A stretch of 64,000 nucleotides of DNA from Verrucomicrobiota bacterium (lineage in GTDB: Bacteria; Verrucomicrobiota; Verrucomicrobiia; Limisphaerales; Palsa-1400), in contig JBEKYR010000002.1 of NCBI GenBank assembly GCA_049510745.1, positions 64,001 through 128,000 on the forward strand, written 5' to 3'. Below the pieces are notes generated by a model that worked only from the letters and a program-made list of their open reading frames with translations, searched no databases and was not told where the DNA came from. Position numbers and translations under genes: made by a program. Of this stretch, positions 1 to 8,257 are shown one piece after another (positions within the stretch are counted from its first letter, which is position 1; each line of letters starts with the position of its first letter).

Positions 1-97
1 TCATGTCGTTTCGAGGAGAGAGTTTATTCCTTCAGTCGTCCATTGTCCATCCTGGATCGACTGAGGGAACCTCAACCGGCTGCCGGCGCCGATGAAT

Positions 98-1369
98 TCA
101 GGCCAGACTGTCCCTGGCTTCCAGCTTCTGCCAGACGGCGCCGTAGAGGGCGATAAAGACAAAGCAAACAAGCGGGACCGCGAATCCGATGCGCATGGAA
201 TAAACATCCGCGATATGGCCCATGAAGGGCGGAGCAAGTGCCCCACCCACGATGGACATGACGAGCAGCGACGAGCCGAGCTTGGTGTGATCACCCAACC
301 CGCGGATGCTGAGCGCAAAAATGGTCGGGAACATGACGGACATGAAGAAGAACGTGCCGAAGAGGGCGCCTAAGCCCGGTTTCCCGCCGCCCATGGCCAC
401 CGCGGAAAGCACGACGTTGATGACGGCGTAGGCCGTGAGCACGCGTTGTGGTTTGAACTGGCTGATCACCACGCTGCCGCAGAGCCGGCCGAACATGAAC
501 AGGCCAAAACCAAAGGCGCCCAACCAGGTGGAGGCCTGCAGCTTGGTCACGCCGGGATCGTTCTCCAGGACGTAATTGACGAAGAAGCTGAAGATGCCCG
601 TCTGGGCGGCGACGTAGAGGAATTGCGTGGCCACGCCAAGGGTGAAATGTCGGCGCTGCCACAAAGTCCTTTTCCCTTTGCCTTCGGCTTCCACTTTGAC
701 TTCTTCTTCCGCGCGGAGGTCCGGCACATTGGCCAGGGCGAAAATCACGACCAGGATTGACACGACAAACGCCACGCCCAGATAGGGGATATAAAGACCG
801 GCATCCGCGTTCGCGCCGTTGCCGCTGCCAAAGACGAAATGTCCGCCCACAATCGGCCCGAGAATCCAGCCCACGCCGTTGAAGGTTTGGGCGATGTTGA
901 TGCGGGTGGCGCCGCCCTCCAGCGCGCCGAGCAGGGTGGTGTAAGGATTGGCAATGGTCTCCAGACAGGTCATGCCGGCGGCCACAATGAACAGGCCGGT
1001 CAGGAACGCCCAATAGGTTCCGATATGGGTGGCAGGAATAAACCAGAACGCGCCGCCGGCGATGAGCGACAAGCCGGCCAGGATGCCGCCTTTGTAACCA
1101 AATTTCCGCGCCAGCAGCCCGGCCGGAATCGCCATCAGAAAATAGGCAATATAATTGGCGAATTGCACCAAGCCCGACTGCGCCTTGTTGATGTGAAGCG
1201 AGTCCTGGAAATGCTTGTTGAGGATGTCAATCATGCCATTGCAGAAGCCCCAGAGCAGGAAGAGCGAGGTGACGAGCACGAACGTCATCATCATGTTTTT
1301 GCCATCGGGGGTGCGGAACAAGCTCGCGCCGGTGCGGGTCGGCGTGGCGATTGGGGGAGTGGGTGTCAT
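98..1369 (-). CDS. fucP: MFS sugar transporter, FucP/GGP (fucose/glucose-galactose:H+ symporter) family
   Basis: 423 aa, about 12 hydrophobic segments; LFLLWGF, LETIANPY, MSVMFPTIF motifs typical of FucP. Confidence 0.85.
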   Translation of the reverse strand: MTPTPPIATPTRTGASLFRTPDGKNMMMTFVLVTSLFLLWGFCNGMIDILNKHFQDSLHINKAQSGLVQFANYIAYFLMAIPAGLLARKFGYKGGILAGLSLIAGGAFWFIPATHIGTYWAFLTGLFIVAAGMTCLETIANPYTTLLGALEGGATRINIAQTFNGVGWILGPIVGGHFVFGSGNGANADAGLYIPYLGVAFVVSILVVIFALANVPDLRAEEEVKVEAEGKGKRTLWQRRHFTLGVATQFLYVAAQTGIFSFFVNYVLENDPGVTKLQASTWLGAFGFGLFMFGRLCGSVVISQFKPQRVLTAYAVINVVLSAVAMGGGKPGLGALFGTFFFMSVMFPTIFALSIRGLGDHTKLGSSLLVMSIVGGALAPPFMGHIADVYSMRIGFAVPLVCFVFIALYGAVWQKLEARDSLA

Positions 1370-1373
1370 GTGA

Positions 1374-1556
1374 TTAGGCGCTTTCCAGGATCATGTTCGC
1401 ATATTGAGTGGTGTCGCCGGTGCGGATCAAGCCGATACTGTGCGGCACGCGCTTTTTGAACTCGACGTGTGGTTCATGGATCAACTCGATCCCGCGCAAG
1501 GCCCCGGCAAAGGCGGCGCGGGTTTTGGCGTTGTTCTGTTGCAGGAATTCCTGCCA
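1374..1556 (-). pseudogene. rbsD: 5'-truncated RbsD/FucU (sugar pyranase/mutarotase) C-terminal half
   Basis: Manual translation: QEFLQQNNAKTRAAFAGALRGIELIHEPHVEFKKRVPHSIGLIRTGDTTQYANMILESA*; in-frame TGA just upstream, no N-terminal half; stop 4 nt before the fucP start. Confidence 0.75.
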
Positions 1557-1687
1557 TCCTCCATCTCAAACATGCCTTTTTTGTTGGAGTTCATAGATAA
1601 ATGGATTGGAGGTTGTGGCCGGCGGCGAGGATGCGATGAATTCTCATTCGATTGTTCGCTTGGGTTTACCGCCTTGCCGCTCCCATG

Positions 1688-2239
1688 TCAAACCTGCTTC
1701 CTGGACCACAGATCAAATTCATAGAGCGCGGCCACGATCAGCGCGTGGCGGATCTGCCCGGACGCCACCAACTCCGGCACTTGGGCGACGGGCACCAGGC
1801 GGGTGGCCAAATCTTCGCCTTGATCGAATTGCACCGGTTTGACCTGGTGGCAGTTGCGCACCAGCACGGTAAAACAGGTGTTGCTCATAATGGCCGGGTT
1901 GGGGAGGACGTGGCCGACGATTTGCGGCTGTTCGCCCTCGAAACCGGTTTCCTCAACCAGTTCCCGGCAGCCCGCCGCCTCCGGCGAGGCGTCGGCGGCC
2001 TCGATCACGCCTCCCGGAATCTCCAGTTCCACCGTGTTGGACCCGTGCCGGTATTGTTCGATCAAGATCATCCGGGCGTCCGGCGTGAGGGCGATGACGT
2101 TGACCCAGTTGGATGCGTCAATAATAACAAAATCCAGCGCCGCGCCCGTGCGGGGCGACACCGTCCGCTCTTCGCGCACGGAAAACACGCGATAGTCTCC
2201 CAGCGGCCTGGATGAAATCTTCCGCCACGGCTGGATCAT
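1688..2239 (-). CDS. NUDIX hydrolase (ADP-ribose pyrophosphatase-like)
   Basis: EQYRHG..ELEIPGG..EAAGCRELVEETGF Nudix box; start taken at MIQPWRK (ATG 2239). Confidence 0.85.
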   Translation of the reverse strand: MIQPWRKISSRPLGDYRVFSVREERTVSPRTGAALDFVIIDASNWVNVIALTPDARMILIEQYRHGSNTVELEIPGGVIEAADASPEAAGCRELVEETGFEGEQPQIVGHVLPNPAIMSNTCFTVLVRNCHQVKPVQFDQGEDLATRLVPVAQVPELVASGQIRHALIVAALYEFDLWSRKQV

Positions 2240-2258
2240 AAAACGGCCCGGCCGGTTC

Positions 2259-2771
2259 CTACGCCGCGGGCACGATTTTGATGCTCTCGACGGCCACCCG
2301 CACCGTCGGGCGGCTCTTCTCCCCGCCGCCACTGCGCTGGGTCGCGGTGTCGCCGATTTTTCCGAGCACATCGTCGCCCTGGCGCAATTTGCCAAAGGCG
2401 GTGTACTGGCGGTCCAGGAAGCGGGCATCGGCCAGGCAAATAAAAAACTGGCTGCCGGCGGAATTGGGGTCCTGGGCCCGGGCCATGGAGATGACGCCGC
2501 GGACGTGCGGCCGCTCATTGAACTCGGCGTTGACCTTGTAGCCGGGATCACCCGTGCCCCAACGGGCCTCGGCCGCCGGGTCTTTGGTCAGCGGATCGCC
2601 GCCCTGGATCATGAAGCCTTTGACGATGCGGTGAAAGCAGGTGCCGTCATAAAAGCCCTTGCGCGCCAGGGTTTTGAAGTTCTCGACTGTTTTCGGCGCG
2701 ACGTCGGGCCAAAACTCGATGACCATTTCGCCGGCGCTCGTTTTGATGATTGCTACTTCGCTCTCAGCCAT
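2259..2771 (-). CDS. Cyclophilin-type peptidyl-prolyl isomerase (cytoplasmic)
   Basis: FYDGTCFHRIVKGFMIQGGDP, SMAR, SQFFI motifs. Confidence 0.95.
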   Translation of the reverse strand: MAESEVAIIKTSAGEMVIEFWPDVAPKTVENFKTLARKGFYDGTCFHRIVKGFMIQGGDPLTKDPAAEARWGTGDPGYKVNAEFNERPHVRGVISMARAQDPNSAGSQFFICLADARFLDRQYTAFGKLRQGDDVLGKIGDTATQRSGGGEKSRPTVRVAVESIKIVPAA

Positions 2772-2780
2772 GTCTCCACC

Positions 2781-3407
2781 TTACTGCAAAGATTGCGCCG
2801 GCACAATTTTAATGCTGATGATGCCCATCCGCTTGTCCGGCCGGTCCGGCGGATGGGTGGGGGTGGTGGCGATCTTCTCCAGCACGTCGTCGCCTTTGAT
2901 CAGTTTTCCAAAGGTGGTGTATTGATGATCCAGTTGCGTCGGGCTGCCGTGGCAGATGAAGAACTGGCAGCTTGCGGAATTCACATCACCGGGCATCCGC
3001 GCCATGGAAAGGACCCCGCGCACGTGGGAATGGGCGTTGAATTCGGCGGCGATGGTGTATCCGGGACCGCCCGTGCCCCAGCGCGACTCGGCCGCCGGGT
3101 CTTTGGTCAGCGGGTCGCCGCCCTGGATCATAAAGCCCCTGATGACGCGGTGAAAACAGGTGCCGTCATAAAAGCCCGACGAGGCCAGTTTCTTGAAGTT
3201 CGCGATTGTCTTGGGGGCGGCATCGGTCCAGAACTGGGCCACCATCGTGCCTTCCGTGGTGGTGATGACGGCGACTTCGTTGGTATCGGCCGGTTTGGCC
3301 GCGGCGGTTTGGTTGGTGGCATCCGCCGCCCAAGCGGACGGTTGCGCCCCGGCGATAGCGAGCGCCGTCCCCAGCAGGGGCGCCAGACATTTTTTCAAAT
3401 AATTCAC
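2781..3407 (-). CDS. Cyclophilin-type peptidyl-prolyl isomerase with signal peptide
   Basis: FYDGTCFHRVIRGFMIQGGDP; KKCLAPLLGTALAIAGAQPSAWA signal-like N-terminus; start uncertain (GTG 3407 or nearby ATG). Confidence 0.9.
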   Translation of the reverse strand: MNYLKKCLAPLLGTALAIAGAQPSAWAADATNQTAAAKPADTNEVAVITTTEGTMVAQFWTDAAPKTIANFKKLASSGFYDGTCFHRVIRGFMIQGGDPLTKDPAAESRWGTGGPGYTIAAEFNAHSHVRGVLSMARMPGDVNSASCQFFICHGSPTQLDHQYTTFGKLIKGDDVLEKIATTPTHPPDRPDKRMGIISIKIVPAQSLQ

Positions 3408-3516
3408 CGTTGAATACATTGGCAACATGGCGTGCAAAATAGCCAAAAGTTTTCCAAGCGCAAGACACAATTGATGGGGGCGGCCACAGATTAACACGGA
3501 TGCACACAGATAAGGA

Positions 3517-3860
3517 ATGCAGCCCGGAAATTCTTCGGGGTGTGAGCGCCGATCGCCCGAAAAGGGGTTTTTCTTTGGCGTATGATTCATCAATCGGGGT
3601 TGAGATTTTTTTATTTTTGGCACGATTAGGCACGATTAGGCACGATTAGGCACGATTAGGCACGATTCAGCACGAATGAATCTGCTGGAGGGGCCGGACC
3701 GGCAAATTCTGCCGGTGGAACGCCGGGACTCGGATGCAGGCCGACGGGTTGGCGGCGGATCGGCCGGGGCCGCCCCCGTCCTCCCCAATGTGATGATTCT
3801 TAGTTTCATCGAAGGACGTATTACCACCGTTTTTTGAAATATGCAAGGGTTTTTCTCAAA
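3517..3860 (-). repeat. Dispersed ~340-bp repeat (element A, copy 1) with conserved promoter and 10-bp VNTR
   Basis: Inverted homolog at 59292-59621; tandem GGCACGATTA units at 3619-3667. Confidence 0.85.
3818..3846 (-). promoter_or_regulatory. sigma70-type promoter TTGCAT-N17-TAATAC
   Basis: Hexamers and spacing conserved in the second copy (59303-59331) while the spacer diverges. Confidence 0.65.
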
Positions 3861-3945
3861 AAATTGCGAAGTCGGAATCAGTGAACCGTAGAAGAATGAG
3901 CGAGTCAGTGAGTCAGTGAATCAGTGAATTGAAGATGGGCCTTCT

Positions 3946-4110
3946 GCGGGACCCGTCTGCAAACCCCATTCCGTTTTCCGGGCTTGACCCCTACTACGCC
4001 GGATATTGCAGGCGAAGCGTTCGCGCCATGCCGGCGGAATGGCCCATCCCACCCGCCGTGTCAACCCATTGTGGAAATGTTAGGAACCCCTTTATTGTGA
4101 GGGACCCCTT
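3946..4110 (-). mobile_element. Internally deleted Y1/REP-associated transposase element (N-terminal stub)
   Basis: TTGACA-N17-CATTCC then ATG MARTLRLQYPA** resembling RAYT-type N-termini; GGGACCC end motifs; 50-bp repeat shared with 4925-4974. Confidence 0.55.
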
Positions 4111-4119
4111 AGCAGGATA

Positions 4120-4779
4120 TTAGGATACTTCAGAATGCCCCAAGGGACGGCGCAAAGAAGCACTTTTGGTGCGATTCGGCCGTGTCTGCTTACTATGGTC
4201 CTTGAAAACCGTAATCGCAGCCTGCACCGTCGGATCAAAGTCAACCAGCAAGAGACATGCGGAAAGAAATCTTAATTGAGATTTGACGCTCAACCAATAA
4301 GCGTAGCGAATGCCTAAAGATCCTAAATTTCCATCTCTTAGAAAAGCGTAGCACGTGGCAAAAACAAGATTTCCAGCCAGCAGTATCGATTCTACATCAC
4401 CACCGGCATTAAGCTTTTTGATCTTCCATGGATTCCATAAACAACATCGATCTGCCGAGTAATAGCCTGCCAATTCAACAGAATCCACAATCATCAAGCT
4501 GTGGAACAGATTTTTCATTCTTTCCGACCAAATCGGCCTGACCTGCTTGAGAATCGCTATCGAGTTCTCGAGTGATGCACATCCCTCCTGAAGGTTTTCA
4601 TCGCATTTAACCAAATACACAGGAAAATCAAAAGTCCCGACCTGGGTGCTGAACCGGCGCCGCAGAATAGCCCGCACGGGCATACCTATGCTCGACAAAG
4701 AAAAGAACCAAAGCCGGGCGATTCGATCCCGTATGTCATGATGTCGAATCCTGCGAATACTCGTAAAGGGGTCCCGCAT
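4120..4779 (-). CDS. Hypothetical protein, low GC
   Basis: AT-rich ORF distinct from the flanks; true start probably downstream (e.g. ATG 4683). Confidence 0.5.
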   Translation of the reverse strand: MRDPFTSIRRIRHHDIRDRIARLWFFSLSSIGMPVRAILRRRFSTQVGTFDFPVYLVKCDENLQEGCASLENSIAILKQVRPIWSERMKNLFHSLMIVDSVELAGYYSADRCCLWNPWKIKKLNAGGDVESILLAGNLVFATCYAFLRDGNLGSLGIRYAYWLSVKSQLRFLSACLLLVDFDPTVQAAITVFKDHSKQTRPNRTKSASLRRPLGHSEVS

Positions 4780-4980
4780 AATCGCATATTATCGTTTTCT
4801 TCCGGCAGCGCGCGGCAGGTTCGCGAGGGAACCCGCCACGGCCATGTTGAGGCGTTGGGCAATCCAGGGCAAGGGCATTGTCGTTTCCTGACGCAGCCGC
4901 CGGGCCATCTGGACCTTCTACTCATTCGCGCCAGGCCGGCGGAATGGCCCATCCCATTTGCCGTGTCAACCCATAATGCG
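4766..4980 (-). mobile_element. Internally deleted Y1/REP-associated transposase element (C-terminal stub)
   Basis: 4789-4917 encodes KVQMARRLRQETTMPLPWIAQRLNMAVAGSLANL, resembling the C-terminal HTH tail of such transposases; same promoter repeat as 4020-4069. Confidence 0.55.
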
Positions 4981-4998
4981 GTAACCCAAATCCGCGCC

Positions 4999-5128
4999 TA
5001 ACGCGGCCTTGCCGCCGAGCGATGACCTATACAATTTGGATAGGAGAGCGAAGAAGCGGTCGGCGGGGGCGCCGACCGCTGCACGCGAGGGCGCATGCGC
5101 TCCCCGGGATGTACTGCAACGGTTCTTA
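4999..5128. repeat. 130-bp MITE/REP-like element B, copy 1
   Basis: Homologs at 56023-56153 and 58159-58288; internal GGTCGGCG..CGCCGACC hairpin. Confidence 0.85.
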
Positions 5129-5517
5129 GGATTTGGGCGGTAACGTGCGGGATTGACCCCTTCATGACTTCGTGGAGGGTCAAAAACCGCGCCAATATAG
5201 AAAACCGAGTCAACCGCGAAATACCCGAACTACGCGAAAAATCCAATCCGTTCGTGTTTCGCAGTGCTATGTCGGGGAGTTTTGCTTTTTTAACAAAATT
5301 TTCAGACAGGATGAACAAGATGCGCCGGATGAAGAGGGGAATTCTCTTTTCTGAATCCGTTCTTAATCCTGTTAATCCTGTTCATCCTGTCCGTCCTTTT
5401 TTTGGGGTTGCGGCTGGCCGCGCTGCGTGGTTCGCGGTTCAAAAACAATTCCTTAGGCGGGGATTCGGATCGTCTCTTTGTTCGTGACGCCGCCGTCCTC
5501 TCCGGCAACAATATCGT

Positions 5518-6843
5518 ATGAAAGGCCGCATCCTCTTTTGGTCCCTCACCTCGGCGCTGGCGGGGTTTCTCTTCGGATTCGATACGGTCGTCATTTCCGG
5601 GGCGGAGCAGAAAATCCAGTCGCTTTGGGGATTGAGTGCGGGAATCCACGGGATTGCCATGGCGTCGGCGCTCTACGGCACCGTGCTCGGCTCGCTGCTG
5701 GGCGGCTGGCCCGCCGACCGTTTCGGGCGCAAGGCGACACTGCTGTGGGTGGGCGTGCTCTATGTCATTTCGGCGGTTGGCTCCGGGTATGCTTGGAACG
5801 TGCAGTCGTTCATTGCCGCCCGTTTCATAGGCGGCCTGGGCATCGGCATTTCGACCGTGGCCGCTCCACTCTACATTTCGGAAATCTCGCCCCCGGCCTG
5901 CCGCGGACGGCTGGCGGGCATGTTCCAGTTCAACATCGTTTTCGGCATCGTGGTCGCTTTCCTCTCGAATTACCTCCTCAAGGACGTCGGTGAGAATGCC
6001 TGGCGTTGGATGCTCGGCGTGGCGGCGTTCCCGTCTCTTCTCTACACGGTCATGTGCCTGGGCATTCCGGAAAGCCCGCGCTGGCTGATCGGGCGCAAAG
6101 GGGACCGTGAGGCGGGACTGAAAGTCCTCAAGCTCATCGAACCCGACGCCCCCCCGGCTCAGATCGAGGCCCAGGCCGCGGAAATTCTGGCCGCCTCCTC
6201 CGAGCGAGTCGTCTCATCCCATTTCTGGACCCGCAAGCTGCGCCTTCCGATCCTGCTGGCCTTTCTGATCGCGTTCTTCAACCAGCTCTCCGGCATCAAC
6301 GCGGTCCTCTATTTCGCGCCGCGCATTTTCGAGATGACCGGGTTGGGGGCGAAGGCTGCGCTGCTTCAATCCGTCGGCATCGGTGTGACCAATCTCATCT
6401 TCACATTTGTCGGTCTGGGGCTCATTGACCGGGTGGGGCGGCGCACCTTGCTCTACATCGGCTCCGTCGGCTACATCACCTCGCTGGGTTTGACGTCTTG
6501 GGCGTTCTTCACCGGGCATTTCGCGATTGTCCCGGTGTGCATTTTCGCCTTCATCGCGTCGCACGCCGTCGGGCAGGGATCGGTGATTTGGGTGTTCATC
6601 TCGGAGATATTTCCGAACCGCCATCGTGCGGAGGGCCAGGCGCTGGGCAGCTTCACGCATTGGGTCTTCGCCGCGCTGCTCACCACGTTTTTTCCGAAGA
6701 TGGTGACGGTCTTTGCGCCTGGCTGCGTCTTCCTGTTTTTCTGCGGGATGATGGTGCTGCAATTGATCTGGGTAAAGACAATGGCGGTCGAGACCAAGGG
6801 CGTGCCTCTCGAACAGATTCAGAAGCGCCTTGGCATCGAATAG
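5518..6843 (+). CDS. Sugar porter family MFS transporter
   Basis: GFDTVVISG, DRFGRK, PESPRWL, NQLSGIN, ETKG motifs. Confidence 0.95.
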   Translation: MKGRILFWSLTSALAGFLFGFDTVVISGAEQKIQSLWGLSAGIHGIAMASALYGTVLGSLLGGWPADRFGRKATLLWVGVLYVISAVGSGYAWNVQSFIAARFIGGLGIGISTVAAPLYISEISPPACRGRLAGMFQFNIVFGIVVAFLSNYLLKDVGENAWRWMLGVAAFPSLLYTVMCLGIPESPRWLIGRKGDREAGLKVLKLIEPDAPPAQIEAQAAEILAASSERVVSSHFWTRKLRLPILLAFLIAFFNQLSGINAVLYFAPRIFEMTGLGAKAALLQSVGIGVTNLIFTFVGLGLIDRVGRRTLLYIGSVGYITSLGLTSWAFFTGHFAIVPVCIFAFIASHAVGQGSVIWVFISEIFPNRHRAEGQALGSFTHWVFAALLTTFFPKMVTVFAPGCVFLFFCGMMVLQLIWVKTMAVETKGVPLEQIQKRLGIE

Positions 6844-6844
6844 T

Positions 6845-7108
6845 GAAATAAACCGTCTGGTAAGTTTTACCGTCACCGGCAGTATGTGCAAAGCTTGCAC
6901 ATACTGCTTTTTCCAGCAGCTCTCCTTCCTCAAAGATATTGCGGATGTGTTTGGTGATGACCGATCGTTCCCGCTGCAACAGTTCCGCAATCTGCGCTTG
7001 CGTCAGCCAAACGGTGTTGTTTTCCAGTGTGACCTCCAGCCGCGTGCGGCCGTCCTCGGTTTCGTAAAGGATGAGTTCCGATCCCGGCTCTTGATTCTGC
7101 TGGCTCAC
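6845..7108 (-). pseudogene. Truncated RhuM-like (Fic/virulence-associated) N-terminal domain
   Basis: ELILYETEDGRTRLEV..TVWLTQAQIAELLQ..SVITKHIRNIFEEGEL..AGDGKTYQT; breaks off against the converging MFS gene. Confidence 0.75.
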
Positions 7109-7269
7109 GGGGAATTGTTCTAAACCGATTGAGGCGGCGGGGCAATTGGAATCAGCGGAATCCTCCCCTTCCACTCACAAAGCGCCCGTCATCATTGCGG
7201 ATTGGCTGCAACGCCGCGCGATTTTCATTTTTGGCACGATTCACCGCCAAATTCGCTTGTTGCTGAGAA

Positions 7270-7483
7270 GACGCTTTCGAATGGGGCGAACTTTTGGGGC
7301 GACGTGCCCATGGCCGGCGCGATCTTGGATCGTTTCCTGCGCCACGCACAGACCATTGCCATTACCGGGCGGAGCTATCGGCTTAAAGACCACGCCACCA
7401 TTGTCGGGAAAGAAGTTAAAAATAAGAAGAGCAAATCCAAGTCCAACAACCCAGGCTGCGCCGGAGGCTTCGCCGAGGCGTGA
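7270..7483 (+). pseudogene. istB: IS21-family IstB ATPase C-terminal remnant
   Basis: GDVPMAGAILDRFLRHAQTIAITGRSYRLK is the characteristic IstB C-terminus; rest of the gene absent. Confidence 0.75.
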
Positions 7484-7672
7484 CCTTCGACCGCGGAACC
7501 GGCGAGTTGAATGGCTGGCTTTCCGGTTCTGTTGTATTATCTTGCTGCTGGCCGATTATGGAGAACTCGCGATTTTCGCCACGAATCGGCCTTATTGATC
7601 ACGCTGCCCAAGGTACTGGACTTTTATGTTTCAAAAAACGAACAGGCGGTCGTAGAGTAAAAACTGGACCAA

Positions 7673-8161
7673 ATGAGAATCCGTGCGCCACAAATCCTCG
7701 TCATTGCCTTGATTGGCCTGCTCTCAGCAGCACTCTTGTGCAGCGTTTTGCTCAATGCATGGGGTTACTGGCAGATCTATGGCATTGGTGGCTGGCGTGA
7801 CCAGGTGTACGTATCAGTGGGTGGCGCGGCCTCAGAGCAAGCGCTGCGTGACTTTCGAGGAGGGCATCTCCGATTGTACTGCCTCGGCGGTGAGAACCAA
7901 CATGATAAATATACTGGTACGAACGATGGGCCGTTTGAAATGTGGATTCCTACGTTTTATCCTTCACTTGGGCGCGTTCACCGGTATTCCAAAGAGCGGT
8001 TCATCGAGTTCTACAATCGGAAAATGCATTATATGCACTCAAATCCTGACAAGTTTGGGAAGGAGGGTGTCCAACAAAACGCTCCAGCAAACGGGAGCCA
8101 GTCGATTCGCCCAGAGACAAATCGAACGTCATCGGCCGCTGCGCCCGCAGATGTGAAGTGA
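7673..8161 (+). CDS. Hypothetical membrane-anchored protein, gene-cassette-like
   Basis: N-terminal TM segment, lower GC, reads into an attC-like repeat. Confidence 0.55.
   Translation: MRIRAPQILVIALIGLLSAALLCSVLLNAWGYWQIYGIGGWRDQVYVSVGGAASEQALRDFRGGHLRLYCLGGENQHDKYTGTNDGPFEMWIPTFYPSLGRVHRYSKERFIEFYNRKMHYMHSNPDKFGKEGVQQNAPANGSQSIRPETNRTSSAAAPADVK
8069..8150 (+). mobile_element. Degenerate attC-like site
   Basis: Begins GTCCAAC (RYYYAAC) followed by imperfect dyad (GATTCG..CGAA); matching GTTRRRY end missing. Confidence 0.45.
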
Positions 8162-8257
8162 TTGAAAAGCCCTTTCCTGCATCAAGTTTTCTGACATGAA
8201 TAAAGCTCCCCAGAATGTCAGCCGCAACAAACTTCGTTTCCAAACTCGCGCGGCGCG

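Noticed and set aside
3408..3623. Long N-terminal extension (MPKIKKSQ..) of the cyclophilin
   Set aside because: It is read-through of non-coding element A; the same peptide recurs at 59515
3619..3667. Possible CRISPR array
   Set aside because: Contiguous 10-mers with no spacers and no cas genes; likewise the 27-bp coding repeats at 31820-32045
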